Assembly (NCBI GenBank): GCA_963702025.1
Contig: OY969699.1
Location: 768,001 to 832,000, forward strand
Origin: an uncultured bacterium
GTDB lineage: Bacteria > Babelota > Babeliae > Babelales > Vermiphilaceae
Reading direction: 5' to 3'
DNA length: 64,000 nt
In this document: piece after piece, positions 29,251 through 39,673 of the stretch
Layout of the letters: every line of letters begins with the position of its first letter
Position numbering within the stretch: the stretch's first letter is position 1
The notes under the pieces: generated by a model
What the model saw: only the letters and a program-made list of their open reading frames with translations
What the model was told of the DNA's origin: nothing
The model's database searches: none
Translations under genes and position numbers: made by a program

Positions 29251-30603
29251 ATGAAGCGAACTATAGGCTATTATCTTAACCAATGGAAACTTGATAAGTA
29301 TAGAAAACCGCTCTTGCTTCGCGGCGCTCGCCAAGTCGGCAAGACCCATGTGGTTCGAGAATTGGGAAAATCGTATCCCGATTTTGTTGAAATCAATTTA
29401 GAAAAAATACCAAATGCTGAACTTATTTTTGAAAAAGATCTCGAGCCTGAAAGAATTCTGTTTGATATATCTTTAATAGTCGACAAAAAAATTACACCGG
29501 GTGTCACCCTACTGTTTATTGATGAGATCCAAACAGTACCCCGCGCAATCATTGCGCTACGCTATTTTTATGAGATAATGCCAAATCTTCATGTGATAGC
29601 CGCAGGCTCACTGCTTGATTTTGCAATTGAGAAAGTCGGTATTCCCGTTGGCCGAGTTGAATCATTATATATGTATCCAATGTCATTCATAGAATTTTTA
29701 GCGGCCTCTCAAGGAGAATTACTGGTAGAAGAAACAGTTTCTCACGTACTTGAAAAAGAGATGAGTGTCATTATCCATAAAAAATTGCTTGGGCTCTTGG
29801 GAGAATATATTGCCATCGGCGGCATGCCCCAGGCCGTTCAGGTATGGCAAGAAACAAAAGATCCTCGTCAATGCTCAAGAATTCACCATGCAATACTTGA
29901 TACATATCGCCAAGATTTTGGTAAATATGCAAAAAAACTGCAAATTAAATATGTTGAATTACTTTTTGAGCAGATCCCGCTTCAACTGGGAAAAAAATTC
30001 AAATACAGTCTGATTGAAGGTGAATATCGCAAACGTGAACTTGCGCCGGCTCTGGATCTTCTTGTTACCGCCGGCATTGCACATAAAGTTTTTCATTCAG
30101 CGGGCCAAGGCATACCCATTGGTGCCCAAATGGATCTACAAGATTATAAAATTGTATTTCTTGATGTTGCATTGAGCCAAGCAGCACTCGGGCTAGATCT
30201 GGCCGGCTGGTTTTTAAATCCTTTGACTGAATTTAGCAATAAAGGTTCGCTCCTTGAATCATTGGTGGGACAAGAATTACTTGCCTGTGGCGACCCGTTT
30301 AAACAAGATCATCTCTATTACTGGCACCGCGAAGCGCGTACAAGCCAAGCAGAAGTTGATTATCTTATACAAGAAGGTGAGCTAATCATACCAATAGAAG
30401 TAAAAGCTGGCTCAGGAAAAACGCTTAAAAGTCTCCATATGTTTCTTGAAACTCACGCCAAATCGCCCTTTGGCATCAGATTCTCAACACAAAACTATTC
30501 ACTGTATGAAAACATCCGTTCATATCCGCTCTATGCTATTGCACATGCGATAGGAGGTCCGGAAATCAGGCGGGCGGTTAATTCTTTTTTTCACTCATCA
30601 TAA
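29251..30603 (+). CDS. AAA+ ATPase, AAA_14/DUF4143 family
   Basis: GARQVGKT, FIDEIQ, AGSLL, GGMP, C-terminal EVDY..PIEVKAG nuclease-like motif. Confidence 0.9.
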   Translation: MKRTIGYYLNQWKLDKYRKPLLLRGARQVGKTHVVRELGKSYPDFVEINLEKIPNAELIFEKDLEPERILFDISLIVDKKITPGVTLLFIDEIQTVPRAIIALRYFYEIMPNLHVIAAGSLLDFAIEKVGIPVGRVESLYMYPMSFIEFLAASQGELLVEETVSHVLEKEMSVIIHKKLLGLLGEYIAIGGMPQAVQVWQETKDPRQCSRIHHAILDTYRQDFGKYAKKLQIKYVELLFEQIPLQLGKKFKYSLIEGEYRKRELAPALDLLVTAGIAHKVFHSAGQGIPIGAQMDLQDYKIVFLDVALSQAALGLDLAGWFLNPLTEFSNKGSLLESLVGQELLACGDPFKQDHLYYWHREARTSQAEVDYLIQEGELIIPIEVKAGSGKTLKSLHMFLETHAKSPFGIRFSTQNYSLYENIRSYPLYAIAHAIGGPEIRRAVNSFFHSS

Positions 30604-30609
30604 AAAGAA

Positions 30610-32880
30610 TTATTCTCGTTTTTTCAACGTCGGAAATAGAATGACATCTTTAATCGAAGTAGTATTGGTCAACAGCATCGCAAGCCGATCAATACCAACC
30701 CCGACGCCCACCGTTGGCGGCAATCCATATTCAAGCGCATGAACATATTCAGCATCATAATGATGCGCTTCCGCATCACCGCCCGCCCGAGCATCAACTT
30801 GCTGCTTAAACCGTGAGGCTTGATCAAAGGGATCATTAAGCTCATTAAAGCCATTGGCAATTTCCATGCCTGCAATAAACATTTCAAACCGCGCGGCAAA
30901 ACGTGGATCTTTTGCATCCCGTTTTGCAAGTGGTGAAACTTCAATAGGAAATTCAGTAACAAATGTTGGTTGTATCAACCGATGCTCAACAATTTTTTCA
31001 AATAACGCATAGATTTTTTCACCCCATGAAGCATTTTTATTTGCCATGGTGATGTTATTTTCTTTTAAGCGTATATCAATAACTGCGGGTGCCACATCGG
31101 CATCAGCGTAATGGCCGTATTCCAATACCGCATCTTTGATAGTGGTACGTTTAAACGGTTTTTCAAAATCGATGGTAAAATCACCAAAGGGAACTTGTAA
31201 AGTGCCACATACTTTTGTGGCAACAGCGCGGAACATATCTTCCACAAATCCCATGATAAAGTGATATTCATGATATGCCATATACATTTCAAGCATAGTA
31301 AATTCTGGATTATGGCGCGTTGAAATTCCCTCATTTCTAAAATTACGGTTTATCTCATACACGCGCTCAAAGCCGCCCACAACCAATCGTTTTAAATAGA
31401 GTTCGGGTGCGATCCGCAAATAAAAATCACTACCCAAGGCATTATGGTGTGTTATAAATGGACGCGCCGCGGCACCACCGGGAATGGGATGCAGCATTGG
31501 CGTTTCCACTTCCATAAACTGATGGCCATCAAGATAACCTCGCACTAAACGAATCAGTTGCGAGCGCTTGATAAACCGTTGTCGACTTTGCGCATTCGTA
31601 ATCAAATCCAGATATCGCTGCCGATAAATAGTTTCTATATCCTGCAAACCATGAAATTTTTCAGGCAATGGGAAAAGACATTTGCTCAGTAATTGAAATT
31701 CAGTAACTTTAAGACTAATTTCACCGGTCTTTGTTTTGAATGAACTGCCTTTTGCCCAAACAATATCACCAACATCGATAAACTTTTTAAATTGTTCGTA
31801 TACAACGCCCAGCTCATCCTCTCTGAGATACAGTTGAAGTTGGCTTGTTGCATCTTGAATCACCACAAATGATGCTTTGCCAAAATGGCGAATCACCCGA
31901 ATGCGACCGGCAACCGTATATTCTTTTGACTGGGTATCCGAGAATTCAGCATGAACCTGTTGGGCGGTCCCATCCACCTCTTTTGTGGGTGGCCATGGGC
32001 TGATGCCTGCAGCTTCCATTGCTTTAAGTTTTTCTAACCGAACATGGTGCTCAGGGCTATCATCACTTTGCGTGACTTCAGGTATGGCTTCCACTTTAGC
32101 AGTTGTAATTTTATAAGGAGACTCAGCCAATTCAATTTTTTTAAAGGGATTTTGTTCTACAAAATGGTTATCTTTTTTAAGAGTAATAGTTGGATTTTGC
32201 TCATCAAGAAATGCAACGGTGACCGTGCCGCCACAATACTTTTGAATAAGTGATGCTAGCTCATTGGTGGCAGCTTCTAAAAATTTTTGATCAACGGGTG
32301 GTAATATTTCTAATACAAGAAAAGCATTACGGGTTTGTGGAGTAATTTTTGTGCGATCAGCTTCTTTCCAATTCCATCGGCGGCAAATGGCGCCATTCTC
32401 ATCTTTATAAAAGACTTCGCCCTCGTTGGGAGTTTTAGCCTCTTTTTCACCCAATAAAATCGTAGGATTTTCATTTTTGCCAGCAAAAGTAAGTTCGATA
32501 TCACCTTTTATGGTATCCAGGTCTTCGCCACCTGCAGGCAACATATATTTAAGTGAAATAATATTATAAATATCAACCAGGGAATTTATTGATCTAAACG
32601 GCGCTCTTTTAATAACCCTACTAAGGAGATTTTCAATAGAAGATAAATGTTCTTTTGGCTTGGCCCCAAATTTTTTATATGCTTCGCGCCATGTTGTGAT
32701 AGAGGGATGTTGGTTTAAGGTATCATGAGTTAAGTTGGTAACAACTTTTTGTTGCTGTTGCTGTAGTAAATCAACGATTTCTCTGGTTTCCTTAGTATTA
32801 TTAGTATCTTTTGCAATAACAATACCAATACGAGCACCAGGGTATTCCTTAAAAATTCGTGGATTTATTTTAAACTGCAT
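30610..32880 (-). CDS. lysS: Class II lysyl-tRNA synthetase with N-terminal B3/4-type domain
   Basis: LysRS motifs RQRYLDL, GGAAARPF, LRIAPEL, FRNEG, ELNDP, GIDRL. First ~230 aa contain WREAY, SSIENL, INSLVDIYN, GGEDLD, CRRWNWKE. Confidence 0.95.
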   Translation of the reverse strand: MQFKINPRIFKEYPGARIGIVIAKDTNNTKETREIVDLLQQQQQKVVTNLTHDTLNQHPSITTWREAYKKFGAKPKEHLSSIENLLSRVIKRAPFRSINSLVDIYNIISLKYMLPAGGEDLDTIKGDIELTFAGKNENPTILLGEKEAKTPNEGEVFYKDENGAICRRWNWKEADRTKITPQTRNAFLVLEILPPVDQKFLEAATNELASLIQKYCGGTVTVAFLDEQNPTITLKKDNHFVEQNPFKKIELAESPYKITTAKVEAIPEVTQSDDSPEHHVRLEKLKAMEAAGISPWPPTKEVDGTAQQVHAEFSDTQSKEYTVAGRIRVIRHFGKASFVVIQDATSQLQLYLREDELGVVYEQFKKFIDVGDIVWAKGSSFKTKTGEISLKVTEFQLLSKCLFPLPEKFHGLQDIETIYRQRYLDLITNAQSRQRFIKRSQLIRLVRGYLDGHQFMEVETPMLHPIPGGAAARPFITHHNALGSDFYLRIAPELYLKRLVVGGFERVYEINRNFRNEGISTRHNPEFTMLEMYMAYHEYHFIMGFVEDMFRAVATKVCGTLQVPFGDFTIDFEKPFKRTTIKDAVLEYGHYADADVAPAVIDIRLKENNITMANKNASWGEKIYALFEKIVEHRLIQPTFVTEFPIEVSPLAKRDAKDPRFAARFEMFIAGMEIANGFNELNDPFDQASRFKQQVDARAGGDAEAHHYDAEYVHALEYGLPPTVGVGVGIDRLAMLLTNTTSIKDVILFPTLKKRE

Positions 32881-32980
32881 AGCAAGTCCTTAAATCAGAT
32901 ATAGTGTCTCAACAATTTCTTAGTATAGAGATTTTACCCTTTTTTTCTATTGGTAGGTCTACGCTCCCGGCTATGCCTAC

Positions 32981-33008
32981 TTGACAAAAGCAATCAGCCA
33001 TCTATACT
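32981..33008 (+). promoter_or_regulatory. Sigma70 promoter
   Basis: TTGACA-N16-TATACT upstream of 33049. Confidence 0.75.
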
Positions 33009-33048
33009 AATAATTGCTATATGAAATTATTAAATATGGAGTGTTATT

Positions 33049-33897
33049 ATGTTTAGATATTTTATCTTATCAACTTTTCTATTTGTAACTTTAAACCTGC
33101 AAAGCATGGAGCATAAAGCAGGAAATCAGGAAGAAGATCTTATTGAAGAGGTTCAGGAAGAAGCTGACACCGTGGAATTAGTTCCTATGGAATCTCCTGC
33201 TGAAACGAATGCTCCTCTTGCGCCAAATGCTCCCAAAAAACGCCAATTTTTTGTTCATGTAATTTCTCCTAAAAAGTCAAAAACTGTTGCATTTGCTCCC
33301 GTGACTGAACCTCCATCGCTTAAGACCATATGTGCTCAGACGATTAATAACTTACTGCGCACCAGTAAATTGACCCTGTCAAACTGGGTAAAATATATAT
33401 CTTCAAAACCTGATGAGCTGCAACATATACTTTTTTCTGATCTTATCATTCGAAGCCAAGTGGAAAACCCTAACCTTGATAAAATTCATCGTTTAGAACT
33501 ATTAGAATTATGCGAAAAAATTTGTTCTGAGCTAAAAAAAATAAAACAAGATAATTGTTATGCCTCTTTTCTAGATGCTATGCTTGAAAACCTAACCCAA
33601 ATGAGCACCCGCTCCTTTCGCCTTCAGTGCATTGCACAGATACTTCAAGAAAACACATCTTTAGGTGAGCGAGTTCTCAAACGTCTTACTGACAAAAATG
33701 GCTATCATTTGTACCCTTATAAAATAGATGAAGCAAGATACTATCTCATAGCACATGAGCAGATAAAAGACTTTACCTATGAAAAAGTTGGAATGACCCA
33801 AGTTGTTAATGACAAAATTAGTGTCACCAGTAGCGCCATTACCCAACAACTCAATGCTAAGATTAAATCCGCTAAAAAAAATATTGAATTTGAGTAG
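33049..33897 (+). CDS. Hypothetical exported protein with SOCS/BC-box-like motif
   Basis: GGAG RBS, signal LQS|MEH, internal PPSLKTICAQTI. Confidence 0.7.
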   Translation: MFRYFILSTFLFVTLNLQSMEHKAGNQEEDLIEEVQEEADTVELVPMESPAETNAPLAPNAPKKRQFFVHVISPKKSKTVAFAPVTEPPSLKTICAQTINNLLRTSKLTLSNWVKYISSKPDELQHILFSDLIIRSQVENPNLDKIHRLELLELCEKICSELKKIKQDNCYASFLDAMLENLTQMSTRSFRLQCIAQILQENTSLGERVLKRLTDKNGYHLYPYKIDEARYYLIAHEQIKDFTYEKVGMTQVVNDKISVTSSAITQQLNAKIKSAKKNIEFE

Positions 33898-34509
33898 TTA
33901 TTTTAGTGGATTTAAATAATTCTGTTCCGCCTGATCCCAGTTAACCACATGCCACCAGGCAGTAATATAATCGGGCCGTTTATTTTGGTATTTTAAATAA
34001 TAAGCATGTTCCCAAACATCAAGACCAAGCACCGGCTTATATCCTTGTAGCATAACCGGATCTTGATTTGGTGTAGAAATTACACATAACTGACCATTTT
34101 TGTCCAGCACCAACCAGGCCCAACCGCTGCCAAACACTTTCTTTGCAGCAGCATTAAACTCTTCTTGGAATTTTTCAAATGAGCCAAATTTTTTATCGAT
34201 AGCTTTGGCAAGCTCCCCCTTGGGACTGCCACCACCATTTTTTTTCATGAGCGGCCAAAAGAATGAATGATTAAAATCCCCGCCCGCATTATTTTTTACC
34301 GTCGTTTGTATTTCTTTAGGGAGTTTATCTATTGATTGGATAATTTCCAGCAAAGACTTTTTTTGCCATTCAGGCAAATCTTTTAATGCCGCATTTAGAT
34401 TATCAATGTAGGCTTGGTGGTGCTTGGTGTAATGAATTTCCATGGTACGCGCATCGATGTATGGTTCAAGCGCATCATAGGCGTAGGGTAATGGTGGTAA
34501 AACAAACAT
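33898..34509 (-). CDS. sodA: Fe/Mn superoxide dismutase, Mn-type signature
   Basis: LPYAYDALEP, HHQAY, NH, FGSGWAW, NQD, DVWEHAYY; AGGAG RBS before ATG 34509. Confidence 0.93.
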   Translation of the reverse strand: MFVLPPLPYAYDALEPYIDARTMEIHYTKHHQAYIDNLNAALKDLPEWQKKSLLEIIQSIDKLPKEIQTTVKNNAGGDFNHSFFWPLMKKNGGGSPKGELAKAIDKKFGSFEKFQEEFNAAAKKVFGSGWAWLVLDKNGQLCVISTPNQDPVMLQGYKPVLGLDVWEHAYYLKYQNKRPDYITAWWHVVNWDQAEQNYLNPLK

Positions 34510-34525
34510 AAGAATCTCCTCAAAT

Positions 34526-34650
34526 ATGGTTCGATACGATTGCTCCGCAATCACTCACCACGAACGGATTTTTCCGCTCATCCTGCCGTGCCCGCCGAAG
34601 CTTTATGCGAAGGCTGGGAGTAGAAACCGAAGGTTTTCATATCGAAGGAT
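34526..34650. repeat. Back-to-back type A repeats, the second with a nested type B insert
   Basis: ATGGTTCGATAC..ACTCACCACGAACGGA, then TCCGCTCATCCTG[..CCGCCGAAGCTTTATGCGAAGGCTGGG]AGTAG..ATCGAAGGAT. Confidence 0.85.
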
Positions 34651-34928
34651 TAAACTAAATAAATTTCTTCATCAGCGCGGGCCATCTGCAATTGTTCCCG
34701 CGCAATTTTTTCTTTAAAAAAGGGATGACTCTTTTGTAATGCAATATGCGAACGCAATCGGTCAACCTCGCCGGTGAGAAGCACAACTTCTTTTTCAAGA
34801 GCAGTAATATCACTTTTCATGTGCAGCATGTCCATGATACCATTGGTGCCAAAAAAATAAAAACCCAGAAAAAGAATCAATTCTCCGGCAAAAAGAATGC
34901 GCACAACATACCGTTTATGAAATACCAT
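34650..34928 (-). CDS. Septum formation initiator FtsB/DivIC family
   Basis: One TM, coiled coil, EKIAREQLQM..DE.IY motif. Confidence 0.8.
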   Translation of the reverse strand: MVFHKRYVVRILFAGELILFLGFYFFGTNGIMDMLHMKSDITALEKEVVLLTGEVDRLRSHIALQKSHPFFKEKIAREQLQMARADEEIYLV

Positions 34929-35031
34929 TTTTCTATCCTCATTTCTATCTACAGATAGTTTTCTACAAAATCATAGAAAAAATCAAACAAAAAAGTTTAG
35001 TGTTGTAGAAATTAAGATACAAGGAGAGATA

Positions 35032-36738
35032 ATGGTCATTTTGCTTATATTTGCATTTTTATCAGGAATCATCACCGTTCTTTCGCCTTGCATCTTGCCC
35101 GTACTGCCTATTTTGCTTGCCGTGAGTATTGGTGAAGGAAGATATCGGCCATTGGGGATTATTTGTGGGTTAATAATCAGTTTCACTTTCTTTACTTTAT
35201 CACTCACTGCACTAGTTCACGCGACCGGTATTTCAGCAAATGCATTACGCTATTGCGCCATTGGGCTATTAATACTCTTTGGGCTCACTTTGATATTTCC
35301 GCGCTTGGAACTTTTCTTTTCTCAACTAACCGGCGGCATTGCCAACCTTGGCACACAAATAGAATCACAATCGGCACGGTTGGGCGGTGGATTTTGGAGT
35401 GGCTTTATGGTCGGCAGTGCACTTGGTTTGATTTGGGCACCATGCGCCGGACCAATTTTGGCTACGATTGTTACGTTAGTGGCAACCAGCTCCATAACGT
35501 TGGGCACCGTGCTCATCACGCTTGCCTATAGCGCGGGCACTGCCTTACCAATGTTTTTAATAATGTATGGCAGCAATAAAATTATCAGCTCAACTATGAG
35601 TCTGGGTGCTTACACTCCACTCATTAGAACTCTTTTTGGTATCATAATGATTGCCGGCGCATTGGCAATCTTATTTCATGCCGATGTTGCGTTGCAGCAA
35701 TTTACGCTCAACTATTTCCCTTCGCTTTCTATTGAAAATAATCCAACAATACGCAACGAAATTGAAAAATTTAAACAACAAGCAACCGGGATTCCTTTGT
35801 TATCCGCCGCACCGCGTCTGGGTGGCGCTGCCCCCGATTTTGTTGGCATACAAGAGTGGGTCAATTCACCACCGCTTTCACCTGCCACATTGCGCGGTAC
35901 GGCATTTTTAGTAGATTTTTGGACCTATAGCTGCATCAATTGTGTGCGCACTCTTCCTTATTTAAAAAAATGGTATGCCGATTATCATGATAAAGGTTTT
36001 ACTATCATCGGTGTTCACACGCCAGAATTCGAATTTGAAAAAGATCGGGCAAATGTTATAGCCGCAGTGAAACGCTTTGGTATCGAGTATCCCGTTGCAT
36101 TAGATAATGAATATAAAACATGGCAGAATTATCACAATAGCTATTGGCCCGCCCATTATCTTGTTGATCAAAACGGCATAGTCAAAGAGATACACTTTGG
36201 TGAAGGCAACTATACCGAAACTGAAAACGAGATACGAAAACTCTTAGGATTAGAGCCGGTTGCACAGATAAAAGAAGAAGTGGTCCGTGCACGCCAAACG
36301 CCTGAAACCTATTTAGGAGCATCACGCGGACGCAGTTATATTAATAGCCTAAAACCCAACCAAATTAGCGATTATTCTTACAGCAGCGCCCTCATGCATG
36401 ATCAAGTTGGTCTGACCGGCCAATGGTACGTGGCACCTGAATTTATACAATCAAACAGTGATTCGGCAACATTGAGTATTAATTTCACGGCAAATCGTGT
36501 TTATCTGGTTATGGCATCGCCAGAGAGCAAATCAATTATTCTCTTTTTGGATGGCAATCCATTACCCGCAGAATTTTCCGGCAAAGATGTAACAAACACC
36601 AATACACTGACAGTTAAAGAATCACGCATGTATGATCTGATTGATCTTAAAAAAAATAACGGCAACCATCTACTCACCCTTCAAGTGCCAAAAGATGTGC
36701 AATTGTTTGCATTTACCTTCGGTAGTGGTGTGCAGTAA
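35032..36738 (+). CDS. dipZ: DipZ-like CcdA-thioredoxin fusion
   Basis: SPCILP and WAPCAGP TM cysteines, FWTYSCINC thioredoxin, TPETYLG C-terminal domain. Confidence 0.88.
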   Translation: MVILLIFAFLSGIITVLSPCILPVLPILLAVSIGEGRYRPLGIICGLIISFTFFTLSLTALVHATGISANALRYCAIGLLILFGLTLIFPRLELFFSQLTGGIANLGTQIESQSARLGGGFWSGFMVGSALGLIWAPCAGPILATIVTLVATSSITLGTVLITLAYSAGTALPMFLIMYGSNKIISSTMSLGAYTPLIRTLFGIIMIAGALAILFHADVALQQFTLNYFPSLSIENNPTIRNEIEKFKQQATGIPLLSAAPRLGGAAPDFVGIQEWVNSPPLSPATLRGTAFLVDFWTYSCINCVRTLPYLKKWYADYHDKGFTIIGVHTPEFEFEKDRANVIAAVKRFGIEYPVALDNEYKTWQNYHNSYWPAHYLVDQNGIVKEIHFGEGNYTETENEIRKLLGLEPVAQIKEEVVRARQTPETYLGASRGRSYINSLKPNQISDYSYSSALMHDQVGLTGQWYVAPEFIQSNSDSATLSINFTANRVYLVMASPESKSIILFLDGNPLPAEFSGKDVTNTNTLTVKESRMYDLIDLKKNNGNHLLTLQVPKDVQLFAFTFGSGVQ

Positions 36739-36752
36739 CAAAGGAGAATCTC

Positions 36753-38303
36753 ATGAATAAAATATTACTTCTCATTATCTGCTTATGTATAAACATCTAC
36801 CCAAAAGAAAAAGAGAAAGAAAAAGTGCCGGACAATTTTGATGAAACGGTCTATTCCTGGTCTCGCACCTTTGCCGAAACAGTACAATTAACCAACCAAA
36901 AACATTATAAAATAGGCGACGGCCAACAATGTTGGATCAATGCCATCCGCACCTTTTTAAGTTCAGTTGATCCACACTCAGATCTGCTTGATCCTAAAAC
37001 TTATAAAAGTATGCTCCAAGCAACCAGTGGAGAATTTTTTGGTATCGGAATTGTGATTGATAACACGCGTAATTCAAAAGATAAACAATTAATAGTTATC
37101 GACACTATTCCTGATGGCCCGGCCGATAAAGCGGGTATGAAACCCTTTGATAAAATAGTTGAAGTTGAAGGCAAGGCGCTTGAAGGAATGCCCACCGAAG
37201 AAGCAACCGATATGCTCAAAGGAGAACGTAACACAAAAGTGCACGTAAAAGTAATGCGAGAAAATCAACCGGAAATTCTCTCATTTGACATTACGCGTGA
37301 CGTGATTAAGGAACAGAATTCACTCTGCTTTTATTTAGAGGATCAAGATATCTATTATTTATCGCTCAATATGTTCACCGAAACATCCGCAACGCAACTT
37401 GAGCAATTGCTCGCCAAAGCGCATCAAAAAAAATTTAAAGGGCTCATTCTTGATTTGCGGAATAACACCGGCGGCTTATTAACTTCAGCCGTTGATATTG
37501 CCGGATTATTTTTAGATAAAGGCAGCTTGGTGGTTACCACAAAAGATAAACATGGCGCAGTAACCGAAGAATATCGCACCACCAGAAATCCCATCGCGAG
37601 CAACATTCCTCTTTTTATTCTGATTAATAACTACACTGCCTCGGCGGCAGAGATTTTGGCAGGCGCATTAAAAATTCATGCCAGCAAAGAAGTTAAAGAA
37701 AACCCATCGGCCCGCGCAGGGCGAGCGGAGGCTCCGATTCAGGCTGAGGCCAATCGAAGCAAACAAAAGAAAAATAATAATCAGATGGTATTTTTGGTCG
37801 GCACCAGAACGTTTGGCAAGAGTTCGGTGCAGGAAGTGATACCGATCAGCAACAATTGCGCCATCAAAATTACCACCTCATTATACTTTCTTCCTAATGA
37901 TACTTCCGTGCAAGCAGAAGGAATCACGCCGGATTTTGAAATTGAACGTTGCTTGCCACCCAGCGACCAACACCAGTGGCTCACCAAATTTTATGGCCGT
38001 GAGCAAGCATTGCCTAATCACATCCAAATAAAAGAAAAAACTGAGCAGGAAAAGAAGGAAGAATCTGCCAAGGGATCAAAGGATACAATAAAAAGTTGGA
38101 CCGAACGGGCAAAACAAGTGCTCCTTGCTGATAATCAGTTCCGCGAAGCTATTACATTGATGAATCTTCTTGCCATGGGACAAAAACATTGTTCGGTTGA
38201 TTTACAAAGCAGACAAGGCGCACTCGATTTTATTAACGGTATATTTGTTTCTAATAAGAAGTTAAACTTGGTGGAAGTTAAAACGAACAAAAATGAGAAA
38301 TGA
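36753..38303 (+). CDS. ctpA: S41 C-terminal processing peptidase
   Basis: DPHS, PDZ (GIGI), LDLRNNTGG, ASAAE, FGKSSVQ, GITPD. Confidence 0.9.
   Translation: MNKILLLIICLCINIYPKEKEKEKVPDNFDETVYSWSRTFAETVQLTNQKHYKIGDGQQCWINAIRTFLSSVDPHSDLLDPKTYKSMLQATSGEFFGIGIVIDNTRNSKDKQLIVIDTIPDGPADKAGMKPFDKIVEVEGKALEGMPTEEATDMLKGERNTKVHVKVMRENQPEILSFDITRDVIKEQNSLCFYLEDQDIYYLSLNMFTETSATQLEQLLAKAHQKKFKGLILDLRNNTGGLLTSAVDIAGLFLDKGSLVVTTKDKHGAVTEEYRTTRNPIASNIPLFILINNYTASAAEILAGALKIHASKEVKENPSARAGRAEAPIQAEANRSKQKKNNNQMVFLVGTRTFGKSSVQEVIPISNNCAIKITTSLYFLPNDTSVQAEGITPDFEIERCLPPSDQHQWLTKFYGREQALPNHIQIKEKTEQEKKEESAKGSKDTIKSWTERAKQVLLADNQFREAITLMNLLAMGQKHCSVDLQSRQGALDFINGIFVSNKKLNLVEVKTNKNEK
37703..37761 (+). repeat. 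Repeat-derived in-frame insert in ctpA
   Basis: GC-rich island containing GCTGAGGCCAATCGAAGC (type A core). Confidence 0.55.
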
Positions 38304-38380
38304 TGCCAATTGCTCTTTTTGCAATAAACATTATCCTTTAACAAAAATGAAATTGAAAATATTTTTGTAAAGGAATGGTT

Positions 38381-39673
38381 ATGAATCGTTTTCTTGCCCT
38401 TTTTTGTCTCACACTTGGATTTGCTACCCATTTCTACGCCGATGAACCGTCAAAAGTAAAAACATTATTCGGAAATAACATTGAAATGAAACATAACCCC
38501 GAATGGATAGAACAACTTAATAAAGCAATCGCGCAAGAAGATCCGGCACTGAAAAAGAAACTTGAAGATAATTGCGCAGCACTGCCACTTGCCAAGCAAT
38601 TTCCGGCACTCAGAATTCCTCATATTTCATTGTGCAAGCTGCCAACACCGGTACAAAAACTAGAAAATCTCAGCAAAGAATTGGGCACCACTATTTTTAT
38701 TAAAAGAGATGATATGACCGGGGGCCAATTATATGGCGGCAACAAGCCCCGCAAATTAGAATTTGAACTTGCCCGTGCATTAAGCCATCAAGCAAAAAGT
38801 ATCGTAACATTTGGCTGCGCAGGATCCAACCATGCAGTTGCAACCAGCGAACATGCGCGCAATTTAGGCTTAAAGCCAGTCTGCATGTTGAAACCGCAAG
38901 CAAATTCTCAGGTTGTGCGAAAAAACTTACTCCTTCATCTTGCCAATGGCACCGAACTTCACTATGCCCCTAATAATGATGTGAGAAAAGTGTCTGCCAT
39001 TAGCACGTGGCTTGATCTGGTAAATAGAAAATTGCAACCGTATTATATCCCAACCGGCGGATCAACACCATTAGGCGCGGTAGGCTTTGTGAACGCTGCG
39101 TGCGAACTCAAAGAGCAAATTGATGCCGGCTTGATACCAATGCCTGATTATGTTTATGTTCCCTGCGGCAGTTGTGCAACCACCGTTGGCTTAACATTAG
39201 GATTTAAAACTCTCAATTTACCAATAAAAGTTATGGCAATTGCCGTTGAACCGGAAGAAGAGCCGCAAGAATTTAAAACTACTATCACCAAACTCTTTAA
39301 GGCAACCAATGAATTACTCAATAAAGTTACCAATGGCACATTCCCAATCCTTGAACTGAAACCGGAAGACATCGAAATAAACCTTAATTTCACCGGACCA
39401 GAATACGCTGTCTTTACCCAAGAAGGAATTGCAGCTCGTGAGCTTTTAAAGAAAACTGAAGCAATAACGATTGATGGCACGTATACCTGCAAAGCTTTCG
39501 CAGCGCTCTTGGCAGATATTAGATCAAAGAAAAGTGAAAATAAAACAGTTCTCTTCTGGAACACCTACTGCGGCGCTGAATTTCAAAATCGTGTAGCTTC
39601 GGTCAATTATAAGGATCTACCAGCATGCTTTCATGCTTATTTTGAAGAAGATGTGCAAGAATTGGATAAATAA
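38381..39673 (+). CDS. PLP enzyme of the D-cysteine desulfhydrase/ACC deaminase family with signal peptide
   Basis: PTP, IKRDD, GGNKPRKLEF, SNHA, PTGGS..GAVG, D.TYT.KA motifs. Confidence 0.85.
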   Translation: MNRFLALFCLTLGFATHFYADEPSKVKTLFGNNIEMKHNPEWIEQLNKAIAQEDPALKKKLEDNCAALPLAKQFPALRIPHISLCKLPTPVQKLENLSKELGTTIFIKRDDMTGGQLYGGNKPRKLEFELARALSHQAKSIVTFGCAGSNHAVATSEHARNLGLKPVCMLKPQANSQVVRKNLLLHLANGTELHYAPNNDVRKVSAISTWLDLVNRKLQPYYIPTGGSTPLGAVGFVNAACELKEQIDAGLIPMPDYVYVPCGSCATTVGLTLGFKTLNLPIKVMAIAVEPEEEPQEFKTTITKLFKATNELLNKVTNGTFPILELKPEDIEINLNFTGPEYAVFTQEGIAARELLKKTEAITIDGTYTCKAFAALLADIRSKKSENKTVLFWNTYCGAEFQNRVASVNYKDLPACFHAYFEEDVQELDK

